64,000 nt of DNA from Nitrospinaceae bacterium (GTDB taxonomy: Bacteria; Nitrospinota; Nitrospinia; Nitrospinales; Nitrospinaceae): contig OZ245011.1 in NCBI GenBank assembly GCA_965223665.1, positions 3,872,001-3,936,000 of the forward strand, written 5' to 3'. The notes beneath the pieces are model-generated. The model worked only from the letters and a program-made list of their open reading frames with translations, had not been told where the DNA came from and did no database searches. The translations under genes and the position numbers were made by a program. The first letter of the stretch is position 1; each line of letters opens with the position of its first letter. Positions 28,482 to 38,920 of the stretch are shown here, one piece after another.

Positions 28482-28943
28482 TTGAAATACAAACATTTTT
28501 TAATACTTGGTTGGATTTTTTTACTGGCTTTTAATTTTACATTTACCTTTAATGTTTTTATTGGGTCGGATAGCTTGGTATGGGCTCAAAGTACTGGAGA
28601 TAGTTTAGACCGTGATTACGAGAACGAGACCGCTCAAGCTTCTAAAGAAGCGAAAGAAAATATTTCAGGTTTTTGGGGTTCTATATCTAATTTTTTTAAT
28701 AATGTCGCAGCTCTCATAGGCGGAATTATTAATAGCATGACTAGTTTTGTAGACAACCTTTTTGGATTCGCAAATGGAGATGGGGCCAAAGCAGCTTTTG
28801 CTGGACCCATTTATTTTTTAATGTTTGTGGTTTTAATATTTGCTTTAAAGTTCTTTTACAATATTTTAAAAGACATGGTCAAAAAAGTGAGTTCGCCTAC
28901 TCCAGAGCGTTATAGAAAACCAGTTAGAAAGTCCGGAAGATAA
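28482..28943 (+). CDS. Hypothetical membrane protein
   Basis: AGGAGG SD before TTG; signal/TM segment, amphipathic helix, C-terminal TM and basic tail. Confidence 0.7.
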   Translation: MKYKHFLILGWIFLLAFNFTFTFNVFIGSDSLVWAQSTGDSLDRDYENETAQASKEAKENISGFWGSISNFFNNVAALIGGIINSMTSFVDNLFGFANGDGAKAAFAGPIYFLMFVVLIFALKFFYNILKDMVKKVSSPTPERYRKPVRKSGR

Positions 28944-28964
28944 TGGAATTATCAATTTAATTTT

Positions 28965-31694
28965 TTATTCAATTTTTTCTGACCATTGCCATCCGGTTGA
29001 ATTTAATTTTAAGTATTTATTTTTCTGTGATTTAAGAAACGTTTGTATTTCTTTTAATCCTTCCAAATAACTTTTTTGTTCGAATTTAGAATTTCCAGGG
29101 CCTAAATACCTTTGTGAAAAAATAGATAACCTTTGTGCTGTTCTTGTTTGATAAATCCCCGAAAAGTAATTTTTTTCTTTAAGTGTCCAGCCTTTTACAG
29201 GTGGATGTCGATTAACCCTGAATCTCAAAAAATTTATAAAAGTCTCATCAGTCTGTTTTTTTAAAGGTGGGACCAAAGTGACAGGCGAATGCTCTAATAG
29301 AGGGAAGTCATCCGTTATTGTTTTAGCGTTTTCTGTAATTTGGAAAAGGCTCTTTCCATCAGTAAGATAGAAATCCATAAAGTCCTCAAAACCATACACC
29401 CCAATTTCATGAGCCATCGTTTTTATTGGACCTTGTTTCATAAGATTATTGAAATGAGTGATATCTAACTGTAGAGGTTTTTCTGATCCCACTAACAAAA
29501 CAATTCGTGTTAAAAAACTATTCCATATGGTTGTGTGAGGAAATACGGACTGAAAAGTTTTTAAAATAGACCATGTATCCTTAGGACCCACTAAATGTAA
29601 GGGAAGCCATTGCATCATAATTCCCCCAGAGTTTAAATGAGCTTTTGAGTGCTGGTAAAAATCTTGGGAATACAAGCTATTCACCCCCGCTTGAACCGGA
29701 GACATGGGTTCAAGGGTAATGACATCATATTTGTCTTGGGTCCACTGAATAAAGTTTCTGGCATCTTGAACATGGATTTGTACATGGGGTTGTTCCAGGA
29801 CATTCCGATTCCATTTTGAAAACCAGGGGGCAACCGATAGAACATTTCGATCAATTTCAACTGCATCCACCGAAACATTAGGAAATTGGGACACTGTGCT
29901 TAGAGTATTACCGGTTCCAAAACACATTACTAAAGCCTTTTTGGGATTAAAGTGCAGCATCATTGGGATCCATCCCATAGCTTGCATGTAGGCGCTTCCT
30001 CCGACAGAATTAGAGGCAGTTGCTGTACTGAATCCGTCAATATAAAGCGTTCTAGCTCCAGTTTGTTTTTCTTCAACCACAGCGAGTGTTGAGAAACTTC
30101 CTTCCTTATAATCCAGAAGCAAAGTGTTATCTAAGGAAGAGTTGATCTCAACCCGGGTGAAATTTTTATTTCCGATTTGGCTTGTATCAACCTGTAAAGT
30201 ACCCCAATCAAATGTAATTCCTAAAATTATCAGGGTAACAAAGCTGATTGCTAAAGTAAGTTTTCTGGGTCTGATATGAATTAAAAGACAAACTAAAGAT
30301 AGAAGAATTAAAATTCCATACAAAGTAAATAATGATAATTTAATTCCCAGCCACGGAATTAAGAAGAAGGGAGTGATTATAGTTCCCAAAATTGCGCCAA
30401 TAGTGTTGACGGCATAGCTATTGCCCAAAGTTTTGGTCACATTATTAAAAATGGAAAAATGTATATGATTTGCTAAAGGAAATGCCATTCCAAATCCCAG
30501 GGTAGGTATCAACATGAGCCCAAAGGCAAAAAGGGTCCGTATCCAAAGAGTTTTTTCTGGAGAGCTTTGTTGACTATAGAATATTTGATCGATTTGTGAT
30601 ATTAGCTCAGTAAATTGATTAAAAATCGGGAATATCATTAAACAAAATACTCCAATTGCAAGTTCTACCAGAATAAACTTCAGAATCCATTTTGAATTTC
30701 CCAGCAAGGGTTTAGAAATAATGCTTCCCAAACCAATTCCGAATAAAAAGGCGGAAAGGATAATTGCAAAAGAATATAAAGAACTACCCAATGGGAATAC
30801 CAATATTCGTGTCCACAGAATTTCGCTGGACAAGGCTACTAATCCGGAATATCCAAATAAAACTAATAATAGAAAGCTTAAAATCGGTTGAGTAGCAGAA
30901 CTGTTTCGAATATTTGAGCTTTCGGATTTAGAAGTAGTTATATTGGGGTTAGCTTTTAACTGAATACCCCAAAAACAAAGACCAAATACCAAAATGTTAA
31001 TTATCACTGCGGAAAAATTGGTCCCAGAAATCCCCAAATGAGAGACTGCTATAAATTGGGTCCAAACACAACCAGCCACCGCTCCGAAAGTATTTAATCC
31101 ATATAATACTGATAAGCCCGGAAATATTTGATATTGGTCTGAAATGGCCCATCTGCCTAAAACTGGCAAAGTGGCTCCCATCAGCATAGTGGCGGGTAGC
31201 ATAACAAGTGTGCCTATGAAAAATTGTAATATATGAAGTGTTCCATCTGAGTTTTGCGACAAAGATATTAAATGGGGATAGATGGGAGATAAAGATTTCA
31301 ATATTAAAGGAAGAATCAAGGCATATATGCCGATGATAAGTTCTAGTATTCCGTAAAATCGAATGGGATGGAATTTTTTGATGTTTGGTGCATCCAGAAA
31401 TTTCGTAATCAACCATGCTCCTAAAGCCAAACCAAGCATAAAGGCACATAGGACAGCGCTGATGGCATATAAGGTGGCCCCAAAAAGTAATTTAAATTGT
31501 TTGATCCAAAGAAGCTCGTAAGTTAAGCTGGTGAATCCCGAAAGAAAAATACCAACGTATGGGATAAATTTAGTCGAATTCTGATGCAAGATATTTTGTG
31601 TTGGAAAATTGAAAGAAATTGTTTTCGGATTGTCACATAAGGTGATTGGGGAGTCAACAGGCATACAGAAATGTTGTGGCGAAGTTATTTTCAA
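28965..31694 (-). CDS. Fused multi-TM (MFS-like) / spermidine-synthase-like SAM-binding protein (start uncertain, ATG 31664 possible)
   Basis: SGF.SL.YE..W and LY..NT.GA..G duplicated TM halves; FGTG.T, VEID, DAR.F, YDVI..EP, QWLP. Confidence 0.85.
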   Translation of the reverse strand: MKITSPQHFCMPVDSPITLCDNPKTISFNFPTQNILHQNSTKFIPYVGIFLSGFTSLTYELLWIKQFKLLFGATLYAISAVLCAFMLGLALGAWLITKFLDAPNIKKFHPIRFYGILELIIGIYALILPLILKSLSPIYPHLISLSQNSDGTLHILQFFIGTLVMLPATMLMGATLPVLGRWAISDQYQIFPGLSVLYGLNTFGAVAGCVWTQFIAVSHLGISGTNFSAVIINILVFGLCFWGIQLKANPNITTSKSESSNIRNSSATQPILSFLLLVLFGYSGLVALSSEILWTRILVFPLGSSLYSFAIILSAFLFGIGLGSIISKPLLGNSKWILKFILVELAIGVFCLMIFPIFNQFTELISQIDQIFYSQQSSPEKTLWIRTLFAFGLMLIPTLGFGMAFPLANHIHFSIFNNVTKTLGNSYAVNTIGAILGTIITPFFLIPWLGIKLSLFTLYGILILLSLVCLLIHIRPRKLTLAISFVTLIILGITFDWGTLQVDTSQIGNKNFTRVEINSSLDNTLLLDYKEGSFSTLAVVEEKQTGARTLYIDGFSTATASNSVGGSAYMQAMGWIPMMLHFNPKKALVMCFGTGNTLSTVSQFPNVSVDAVEIDRNVLSVAPWFSKWNRNVLEQPHVQIHVQDARNFIQWTQDKYDVITLEPMSPVQAGVNSLYSQDFYQHSKAHLNSGGIMMQWLPLHLVGPKDTWSILKTFQSVFPHTTIWNSFLTRIVLLVGSEKPLQLDITHFNNLMKQGPIKTMAHEIGVYGFEDFMDFYLTDGKSLFQITENAKTITDDFPLLEHSPVTLVPPLKKQTDETFINFLRFRVNRHPPVKGWTLKEKNYFSGIYQTRTAQRLSIFSQRYLGPGNSKFEQKSYLEGLKEIQTFLKSQKNKYLKLNSTGWQWSEKIE

Positions 31695-31750
31695 ACATTT
31701 ATGTTGTTAGCGTTTAGCCCACAATACATGGGAAAACGGAAAGACGTTAA

Positions 31751-32152
31751 ATGCGAAAAGTGATTTGGATTTTAGTCTTATTTACATTATTATGCTTTAC
31801 AACCCAAGCCTTTGCGGATTCAAAGCGTGGCAAAAAATTGTTTAAAGAAAAACGCTGTGTATTGTGCCATGATATTACCTTGCCGGGGACAGTCTTTAAG
31901 CCCATTTGTCCCGGGTTAAAAGGAGTTAAAGCACGCCATAATAAATTATGGATTAAAAAGTGGCTACAAAATCCGGCTAAAGTTTGGGCTGGTAAAGACA
32001 AAGATGTTCAGGATATCTTAAAACGATATTTTGAATACCGTGGTTCAAAACCAAAACCGAGAGAAAGTTTTATGGCAACAGTTATTGGGAAGCAGGTTCA
32101 TTTGACGGATGAAGAAATTGATGACTTAATTGAATTTCTTTGGACGTTATGA
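31751..32152 (+). CDS. Periplasmic monoheme c-type cytochrome
   Basis: Signal peptide, GKKLF...CVLCH, WL.NP, distal Met, LTDEEI..L..FL. Confidence 0.88.
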   Translation: MRKVIWILVLFTLLCFTTQAFADSKRGKKLFKEKRCVLCHDITLPGTVFKPICPGLKGVKARHNKLWIKKWLQNPAKVWAGKDKDVQDILKRYFEYRGSKPKPRESFMATVIGKQVHLTDEEIDDLIEFLWTL

Positions 32153-32180
32153 TTTTCATGATTTCGTGGGAGAGAATTTG

Positions 32181-33221
32181 ATGGTTAATAAAAGAGTGAA
32201 AAAGATGATTAAAATCGTGTGTTGTGTTTTTAGTTTTTTTGTAATTAATTTGAGTTCCGGTTTTGCTCAAGAATTGAAAGACACAACGCAAGAAATGAAA
32301 ATCCCGGATATTGTTGCTAAAGTCAATGACACAAAAATCACTTCAAAATTTGTTAAATTTCGTCTCAATCTTGATGCTCAACGGTTTGGAAATGATATAC
32401 CAGAGACCGAAAAAGTTAAAATTGCGAAAGAAATCATTCAGAAAGAAATTGTTCGAGAATTGATATTTCAGGAAGGTTCAAAACAAAATGAAAAAATTCC
32501 TGATGAGGAAATTGGAAAAGAATTTGAAAAACTCAAAAAGGCTTATAAAAACGAAACTGAATTTCAGGTTGCTCTTCGCCAACGGGATCTTTCTGAAAAT
32601 GATTTGATAAAAACTATTCGTGTCGATTTAACCGCTCAAAAACTTTTGGATAAACAAATCAAAGGAAAAATTAATATTGAAGATTCAGCCGTTCAAAGTT
32701 TTTACGATGCTAATAAAGATAGATTTCACAGACCTGAATCTTATCATTCCCAGCATATATTCATACCTTTCGTTCCTTTAGAGGATGTTCAAAAGATGGG
32801 TAAGGAAGAATTGCAAAAACAACTACCTCAATATAATGAAAAAGCGAAAAAGAAAATTGACAGTGTTTTGAAAGAGCTTAAGTCGGGTGGTTCATTTGAA
32901 GAATTAGCGAAAAAATATTCAGAAGATAAAGCGACTTCAGAAAACGGTGGTGATCTTGGTTTTATTTATAAAGGAGTATTTGATCCGGCTTTTGATGAAG
33001 CGGTGAGTAAATTGAAAAAAGGTGAAACCAGCGATATCGTTAAAACAGATTTTGGGTATCATATTATCAAACTAAAAGAAACTCGCCCTGAAGAAGATGT
33101 CCCTTTTAAAGATGTTAAAGGGGAAATTCAAAAGCATTTATTTATGCAAGAAGCTCAAAAGAAGGTTGGCGAATATATTGAGGGTTTACGTAAGAAGGCC
33201 AAAATTGAGGTTTTTTACTGA
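32181..33221 (+). CDS. SurA/PrsA-like parvulin peptidyl-prolyl isomerase
   Basis: Signal peptide, VAKVN, HI, FEELAKKYSED, GGDLG, FGYHIIK. Confidence 0.9.
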   Translation: MVNKRVKKMIKIVCCVFSFFVINLSSGFAQELKDTTQEMKIPDIVAKVNDTKITSKFVKFRLNLDAQRFGNDIPETEKVKIAKEIIQKEIVRELIFQEGSKQNEKIPDEEIGKEFEKLKKAYKNETEFQVALRQRDLSENDLIKTIRVDLTAQKLLDKQIKGKINIEDSAVQSFYDANKDRFHRPESYHSQHIFIPFVPLEDVQKMGKEELQKQLPQYNEKAKKKIDSVLKELKSGGSFEELAKKYSEDKATSENGGDLGFIYKGVFDPAFDEAVSKLKKGETSDIVKTDFGYHIIKLKETRPEEDVPFKDVKGEIQKHLFMQEAQKKVGEYIEGLRKKAKIEVFY

Positions 33222-33260
33222 GGCCTGACCTAATTTCAAATTATCATCTTGCTTGTGTTA

Positions 33261-33300
33261 AAATACCCCTTTCGTAAAAAGCGCGAAGGGGCTTATTTTT
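33261..33300 (+). terminator. Probable intrinsic terminator after the PPIase
   Basis: CCCCTT..CG / CG.AAGGGG hairpin followed by a T-rich tail. Confidence 0.5.
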
Positions 33301-33350
33301 GATAAGCATTGGGTTTTGCGTTTCATTGATTGAAAGCGAGGAATTTAATT

Positions 33351-34028
33351 ATGGCAACATATACAAAAGAAAAAGATGTGGAAACCACTTTGGAAGATGA
33401 CCCCAAAGCCAGAGAGGCTTTGGAGGCAGTTTTTCAAAATACCGCTCGGTGGGATTCCAATTTTAATGGGTTTTCGGCAGATATTACTGTCAATATTAAT
33501 GGGAAAGAAGAAAAGGGTACCGTGACTGTAAAGGGACCAAAGGAGATTGAAACTAACCTTTCTGATGCTTCTATGAAAGAGTTTGCTATGGAGAATTTAG
33601 CATCCATAGCAATGCATCGTGGACCTCGTTCCTTTTCAGAATCTGATGGGAAGTATAAGCTTATTTTTGGTGACGAAGGGACTCATCCACTAGGAAGAAA
33701 AGTTGTAATGGGTGGCGATGGTATGAGTTCTTTTTACAGAATCAAAGATGGACGGATTCAACAAATTAACCGCAAAACTCCCAGAATGTCATTTTCCATT
33801 AACATTGAAGAGAGTATAAAAAATCAGGAAGGAAAGTTTTTAACGAAAAAGTATTCGGTATATTACTATAACCCCGAAAACGGCTCGTTAAAAAATGTTG
33901 AGAGCTACACGGATCAATATGCTCGGGTAGGTAATTATGATTTACCTGAAATGCGACGTATAATCGATTCTCAGGAAGGCGAGGTAGCTGTCAATACCAT
34001 GACTTTAGAAAATCATAAGGCACTATAA
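33351..34028 (+). CDS. DUF3386-like protein
   Basis: ARW...F.GF.A, AMHR.PRSF...DGK, S.YRIKD.RI.QINR pattern recalled for the family; GAGGA SD before ATG 33351. Confidence 0.75.
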   Translation: MATYTKEKDVETTLEDDPKAREALEAVFQNTARWDSNFNGFSADITVNINGKEEKGTVTVKGPKEIETNLSDASMKEFAMENLASIAMHRGPRSFSESDGKYKLIFGDEGTHPLGRKVVMGGDGMSSFYRIKDGRIQQINRKTPRMSFSINIEESIKNQEGKFLTKKYSVYYYNPENGSLKNVESYTDQYARVGNYDLPEMRRIIDSQEGEVAVNTMTLENHKAL

Positions 34029-34047
34029 AGTCTGAGGTGTTCAAAAT

Positions 34048-34083
34048 ATAAAAGCCCACCAATTTTTTTTGGTGGGCTTTTAT
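34048..34083. terminator. Bidirectional intrinsic terminator between convergent genes
   Basis: AAAAGCCCACCAA / TTGGTGGGCTTTT perfect inverted repeat with A/T flanks. Confidence 0.85.
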
Positions 34084-35081
34084 TTTGCAAGAAGTGCTTG
34101 AGAAAGAACCCTCTCTTTTACACCTACGATAGCATCTTGAGCAATTACGGAGTTACTGACTTCACTTCCTTGACTTAAGACAGCGTTATCCCAACAAATA
34201 GAGTTTTCAATTTTTGCTTCATCATCAACAATACAATTATTACCTAAAATAGCATAAGGTCCAATTTTTGCAGATTCCGAAATTTGGCAGTTTTTCCCAA
34301 TAAAAACAGGAGGTCGGATTTTACATTGAGTTGGAGTTTGTGATTTTGGAAGATCATTTATTCCTGTGATTTCATCCAAAAGATCATGGTGGACTTGTAG
34401 GTAACTCTCAATTCTTCCAATGTCTGCCCAATATCCTTCATGAGGATAGGCTAAAACTTTTTCACCATCTTCAATCATTTCTGGGAATACGTCAGAAGTT
34501 GTTCCATAAAATTTTCCGGTAGGGACCCGAGAAAAGATTTTAGGTTCTAAAATTTGAATTCCTGTGAAGGTAAATCGATTAGTATATTCTGGAGTATTTA
34601 AGGATGACATATTAGCCATATGAACAATCCTGTTCTGATCATCGACCTCGATGGGGTCACAAAGTTCTGGTGAATCACCTGGTTTTAAGACCAGGGTTGC
34701 TGCGGAGTCATTTTCTTGATGATATCTAATCAATTGATGGAAATCTAAGTTGACCACGACATCACTATTGATGACTATAAACGAATCATCTTCTAAAAAC
34801 CTTTGGGCTTTTTTTATTCCACCAGCAGTTCCCAAAATTGCATTCTCAGGGGACCAATGAATGTGCACACCCAACTTCTTGCCCGTGCCAAAGTAGTTAG
34901 TGATTAACTCGGGTAGGTGATGCAGGTTTATGACGATTTCATCAATACCGAAGGATTTAAGAAGTCTTATCGTATGTTCTAAAAGCGGTCGATTCAGAAT
35001 AGGGAACAAGGGTTTGGGCAGAGTGTGCGTCAAGGGTCGAAGCCGAGAGCCAAACCCGGCTGCTAAAATCATTGCTTTCAT
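34080..35081 (-). CDS. NDP-sugar synthase / mannose-1-phosphate guanylyltransferase-like nucleotidyltransferase
   Basis: [18 protein letters not shown]...PKPL, LGTAGG, W.DIG, C-terminal hexapeptide repeats. Confidence 0.88.
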   Translation of the reverse strand: MKAMILAAGFGSRLRPLTHTLPKPLFPILNRPLLEHTIRLLKSFGIDEIVINLHHLPELITNYFGTGKKLGVHIHWSPENAILGTAGGIKKAQRFLEDDSFIVINSDVVVNLDFHQLIRYHQENDSAATLVLKPGDSPELCDPIEVDDQNRIVHMANMSSLNTPEYTNRFTFTGIQILEPKIFSRVPTGKFYGTTSDVFPEMIEDGEKVLAYPHEGYWADIGRIESYLQVHHDLLDEITGINDLPKSQTPTQCKIRPPVFIGKNCQISESAKIGPYAILGNNCIVDDEAKIENSICWDNAVLSQGSEVSNSVIAQDAIVGVKERVLSQALLAK

Positions 35082-36118
35082 TTTTTTTCCGCAAGCTCTT
35101 TTAATGATTTCACGAAAGGGGGATGGGCAATTCCTTTTTCAGTAATAATGGCGGTTACAAACTCATGAGGAGTGACATCAAACGCGGGGTGAGCCACCTC
35201 AATTCCTTCGGGAGCTATACGCTTGTTGTTCAAGGTGACCACTTCCTCCACGCTTCGCTCTTCTATAGGAATATCTTCACCAGATTTTAAACTGAGGTCT
35301 AGAGTTGAAATAGGAGCTGCAACATAGAAAGGAATTCCATGGGTTTTGGCTAAGACTGCCATCATGTAAGTTCCGATCTTATTTGCGACGTCTCCGTTGG
35401 CCGCGATTCTATCTGCACCAACAACGACAACATCAATTTCTTTTTTCTTCATAAAAAAACCGGCCATGTTATCAGTAATTAGTTTTACTGGAATTTTGTC
35501 TTCCTTGAGTTCCCAGGCAGTGAGGCGGGCTCCTTGAAGAAAGGGACGTGTTTCGTTAGCCAGCACATTGACATTTTTCCCGGAATTAACAGCAGCGCGA
35601 ATGACTCCAAGAGCCGTTCCAAAGCCAGCAGTTGCTAAAGCGCCTGCATTGCAATGAGTAAGAATCGATTGACCATTTTCAATTAAAACTTGCCCAAACT
35701 GACCCATCGATTTATTGGCCGCAATATCCTCTTCAAGTATATCCAGTGCTTCTTGGTGAAGTTTTTCCTTTAATTTTTCAATTGTAAGATTTTGGTTTTG
35801 TAAAGCTATGCGCTTCATGCGTTCAATACTCCAGGCCAAATTTACGGCTGTAGGTCTGGATTTCCCAAGAACTTCACATTGCTTCTCCATTTCAGAAAAA
35901 AAGGTATCAAAATCATTTGTTTTAATTTTTTGAATTCCTAAGCTGATTCCTAATGCTGCTGCCACTCCAATGGCTGGGGCGCCACGGATAATCATATTTT
36001 TTATTGCTTGCCCCACTTCCTCAATAGTTTGGCAATCCACATAGACTTCTTCATTTGGCAGCCGGGTTTGGTCAATCATTCGGACGGAACCATTTATATA
36101 CTCAATCGTTTTAACCAT
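35078..36118 (-). CDS. mtnA: Methylthioribose-1-phosphate isomerase
   Basis: [58 protein letters not shown]. Confidence 0.96.
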   Translation of the reverse strand: MVKTIEYINGSVRMIDQTRLPNEEVYVDCQTIEEVGQAIKNMIIRGAPAIGVAAALGISLGIQKIKTNDFDTFFSEMEKQCEVLGKSRPTAVNLAWSIERMKRIALQNQNLTIEKLKEKLHQEALDILEEDIAANKSMGQFGQVLIENGQSILTHCNAGALATAGFGTALGVIRAAVNSGKNVNVLANETRPFLQGARLTAWELKEDKIPVKLITDNMAGFFMKKKEIDVVVVGADRIAANGDVANKIGTYMMAVLAKTHGIPFYVAAPISTLDLSLKSGEDIPIEERSVEEVVTLNNKRIAPEGIEVAHPAFDVTPHEFVTAIITEKGIAHPPFVKSLKELAEKK

Positions 36119-36135
36119 TTTTTCTTTATTTCGTT

Positions 36136-36435
36136 TTAAGTTAGTAAGGTATTGATTTTATCTTGAAATACTTGTTCATTAATTGAAGATATTTGAATTA
36201 TCTTTTTTCTATTGTTTGTTCCGCTGAGAATAGAAACTTGGGACTGGCTCACGCCAAATTGTTTTGCCAAATATTTTTGAACAGCTTTATTAGCTGCCCC
36301 ATCAACAGGAGCTGAAGTTATTTTAACTTTTAAGGTGTTATCGTAAATTCCGGATAATTCGTTTCTGGATGATTTGGGTTGGACGGTTATAGGAAACTGG
36401 ATACCTGTTTCAGAAGCTTTAATTGGAAGTGGCAT
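36136..36435 (-). CDS. yggU: DUF167 / YggU family protein
   Basis: VQPKSS, LKVKI..AP.DG.AN, G...R.K. Confidence 0.88.
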   Translation of the reverse strand: MPLPIKASETGIQFPITVQPKSSRNELSGIYDNTLKVKITSAPVDGAANKAVQKYLAKQFGVSQSQVSILSGTNNRKKIIQISSINEQVFQDKINTLLT

Positions 36436-36886
36436 CTTTTACGCCCGATTTATCTTGAGACTTGTCTCGGGATGAAAAGAATACTCGTGCGCTGGATTTT
36501 ATACTTTCAATTAATTCCTGCCGTTCTTCTTTTAATTTCTGCACATCTTTTTGAAGATTGCCCAATTCTTTTTCCACTTTCTTTTTGTGGAGGTTTGCTT
36601 GTTCTTTGGCAACATTAACAATTTTCCGTGCTTTATCTTTGATTATTATTGGCGCTTGTTTAGGATCTACGGAAATTTGCTTCAGCACATCTTTTAATTG
36701 GGTTTCCAATCCGGAAATCTTGTGATCTTTATCTTCAAGGCGTGATTTCAAGTCTGTCAATTGTTCATGAAGCTCCTTAAAATCCTCTGCCACCAACTTT
36801 AAAAAAGTATGGACTTCTTCAGGATCGTATCCACGAAACTTTTCCTTGAACCTCTGCTCTAAAATATCGTGCTCGTTTAATTTCAT
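36419..36886 (-). CDS. divIVA: DivIVA-domain coiled-coil protein
   Basis: L...DI..Q.F...FRGYD..EV..FL..V motif followed by coiled coil; between yggT and yggU. Confidence 0.88.
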   Translation of the reverse strand: MKLNEHDILEQRFKEKFRGYDPEEVHTFLKLVAEDFKELHEQLTDLKSRLEDKDHKISGLETQLKDVLKQISVDPKQAPIIIKDKARKIVNVAKEQANLHKKKVEKELGNLQKDVQKLKEERQELIESIKSSARVFFSSRDKSQDKSGVKDATSN

Positions 36887-37186
36887 TTATTGTAAGCTCA
36901 TCGCCATGACATGCAAGGATTTCACTAAGAATTCTTGCAAAAAAACAATCAATAAAATAACAATAATGGGTGAAAAGTCGATTCCCATCCCGGACATTGG
37001 GAGCATTTGACGTATTCGATAGAGTACAGGGTCCGTTACGCTATGTAAAAATTGTACGATTGGGTTGTATGGGTCCGGGTTTACCCATGAGAGCAATGCC
37101 CGAATAATTACAATCCACATATACAAATTTAAGGCAATTCCAAGGACCTTTGCCAATGCTGAAAGAAAGAAACCTATTATTTCCAC
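36887..37186 (-). CDS. yggT: YggT family membrane protein
   Basis: IRALLSWVNPDPYNPIV..L...T.P.L..IR, IDFSP. Confidence 0.93.
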   Translation of the reverse strand: MEIIGFFLSALAKVLGIALNLYMWIVIIRALLSWVNPDPYNPIVQFLHSVTDPVLYRIRQMLPMSGMGIDFSPIIVILLIVFLQEFLVKSLHVMAMSLQ

Positions 37187-37270
37187 TAATTAAAAAAACC
37201 TTATTGGTAATATATGAAAAAATGTAATTGGGGGCAAGATGTTCATTGCCGGATGACAGCTTTTAAGGAT

Positions 37271-37299
37271 AAAATATCGAAAAAGCCCTGTATTGTCAA
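37271..37299 (-). promoter_or_regulatory. Candidate sigma-70 promoter for the yggT operon
   Basis: Minus strand TTGACA-N17-TATTTT. Confidence 0.5.
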
Positions 37300-37437
37300 T
37301 GATATCCGATCCAGGCTTTCCTGCAAATAAAAATATCGTTTCCAAGATGATTTCGAAAAGTTTATTATGAAATTCTAATAGAAAAATAATTATCAAAACA
37401 TAATCTTTCAATCACTCCTTTCCCACAAAATTTATTT

Positions 37438-38838
37438 ATGAGTAAAATTAGAAGAAGCCAAATCAAGGACCTACTAAAGCAATCAGAACCCCTTTCCCAA
37501 GTGTTAGTGCAGGGGTGGGTTCGTACCCGAAGGGATTCCAAAGGGGGATTCTCTTTTTTGGAGGTAAATGATGGCTCTTGTTTGAAAAACATCCAGGCGG
37601 TATTAGACCATTCATTAGATTCCTTTAAACAGAATGAAAAAAAGCTTAGCACTGGTAGTTGCGTGGCTCTAAAAGGAAAATTGGTTCAGTCCCAGGGGAA
37701 AGGCCAAAGTATGGAAATTCAGGCTGAATCAGTACATGTTTATGGAACGGCTGACACAGAAACTTACCCCTTACAGAAGAAATATCATTCCTTAGAATAT
37801 TTAAGAGAAATTGCCCACCTCCGTCCCCGCACTAATACGATAGGAGCAGTCATGCGGATTCGCAATCGTTTAGCCTATTCGATCCATCGTTTTTTTAACG
37901 AGCGTGGATTTGTCTATTTACACACGCCAATCATTACTACAAGTGATTGTGAAGGGGCAGGAGAGATGTTTCAAGTGACCACACTGGATTTGAAAGAACC
38001 TCCTTTGGAAAATGGCAAAGTCGATTATAAAGAAGATTTTTTTGGACAAAAGACCAGCCTTACTGTCAGCGGTCAACTGGAAGGTGAGATTTATGCCATG
38101 GCTCTGTCTCTCATCTATACGTTTGGTCCAACTTTCCGTGCGGAGAACTCAAATACCAGTCGCCATCTGGCAGAATTTTGGATGGTTGAACCGGAAATGG
38201 CATTTTATGACCTGGATGACAATATGGATTTAGCAGAAGAGTTCATCCAATATTTATTAAAAGATGCCTTGGAGCATTGTGCTGATGATTTAGACTTTTT
38301 CAATCAACGCATTGACAAACATTTGATAGAGAATTTACAGCACATCGTTGAGAATCAATTTGAAAGACTCCACTATAAAGACGCGATTCACCTTTTGGAA
38401 AAAGCGTCGGAAAAGTTCGTTTACTCAGTAGAGTGGGGCTGTAATCTGCAAGCCGAGCACGAGAGGTATCTGGCTGAAAAAGTAATTAAAAAGCCACTTA
38501 TCCTTTATAACTATCCAGAAAGTATTAAACCTTTTTACATGAAGGTCAATGAAGATGGCGAAACGGTTCGGGCGATGGATGTGCTCTTGCCAAGATTAGG
38601 AGAAATCATCGGAGGTAGTCAACGGGAGGATGACTACGATGTTTTGTTGAAACAAATCGAAGCCAAGGGTCTAGACAAAGAAGAATACTGGTGGTACCTG
38701 GAGCTTAGAAAATTCGGTTCGGCCCCTCACTCAGGATTTGGCCTTGGATTTGAAAGGTTAGTTCAATTTGTCACTGGGGTTGAAAACATTCGAGATGTCA
38801 TTCCATTCCCTAGGACACCCAAACATGCCACTTTTTAA
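37438..38838 (+). CDS. asnS: Asparagine--tRNA ligase
   Basis: [67 protein letters not shown]. Confidence 0.97.
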   Translation: MSKIRRSQIKDLLKQSEPLSQVLVQGWVRTRRDSKGGFSFLEVNDGSCLKNIQAVLDHSLDSFKQNEKKLSTGSCVALKGKLVQSQGKGQSMEIQAESVHVYGTADTETYPLQKKYHSLEYLREIAHLRPRTNTIGAVMRIRNRLAYSIHRFFNERGFVYLHTPIITTSDCEGAGEMFQVTTLDLKEPPLENGKVDYKEDFFGQKTSLTVSGQLEGEIYAMALSLIYTFGPTFRAENSNTSRHLAEFWMVEPEMAFYDLDDNMDLAEEFIQYLLKDALEHCADDLDFFNQRIDKHLIENLQHIVENQFERLHYKDAIHLLEKASEKFVYSVEWGCNLQAEHERYLAEKVIKKPLILYNYPESIKPFYMKVNEDGETVRAMDVLLPRLGEIIGGSQREDDYDVLLKQIEAKGLDKEEYWWYLELRKFGSAPHSGFGLGFERLVQFVTGVENIRDVIPFPRTPKHATF

Positions 38839-38920
38839 TTCTTTTTTATTATTAAGAAATATTTAAGATTTTCTCTAATAGATATCGTGGAAATTTTTAG
38901 GGAAAAATCTATATGTAAGT

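Noticed and set aside
37190-37652. 73-aa and 95-aa minus-strand ORFs
   Set aside because: They overlap the divergent yggT/asnS promoter region and asnS itself; no motifs
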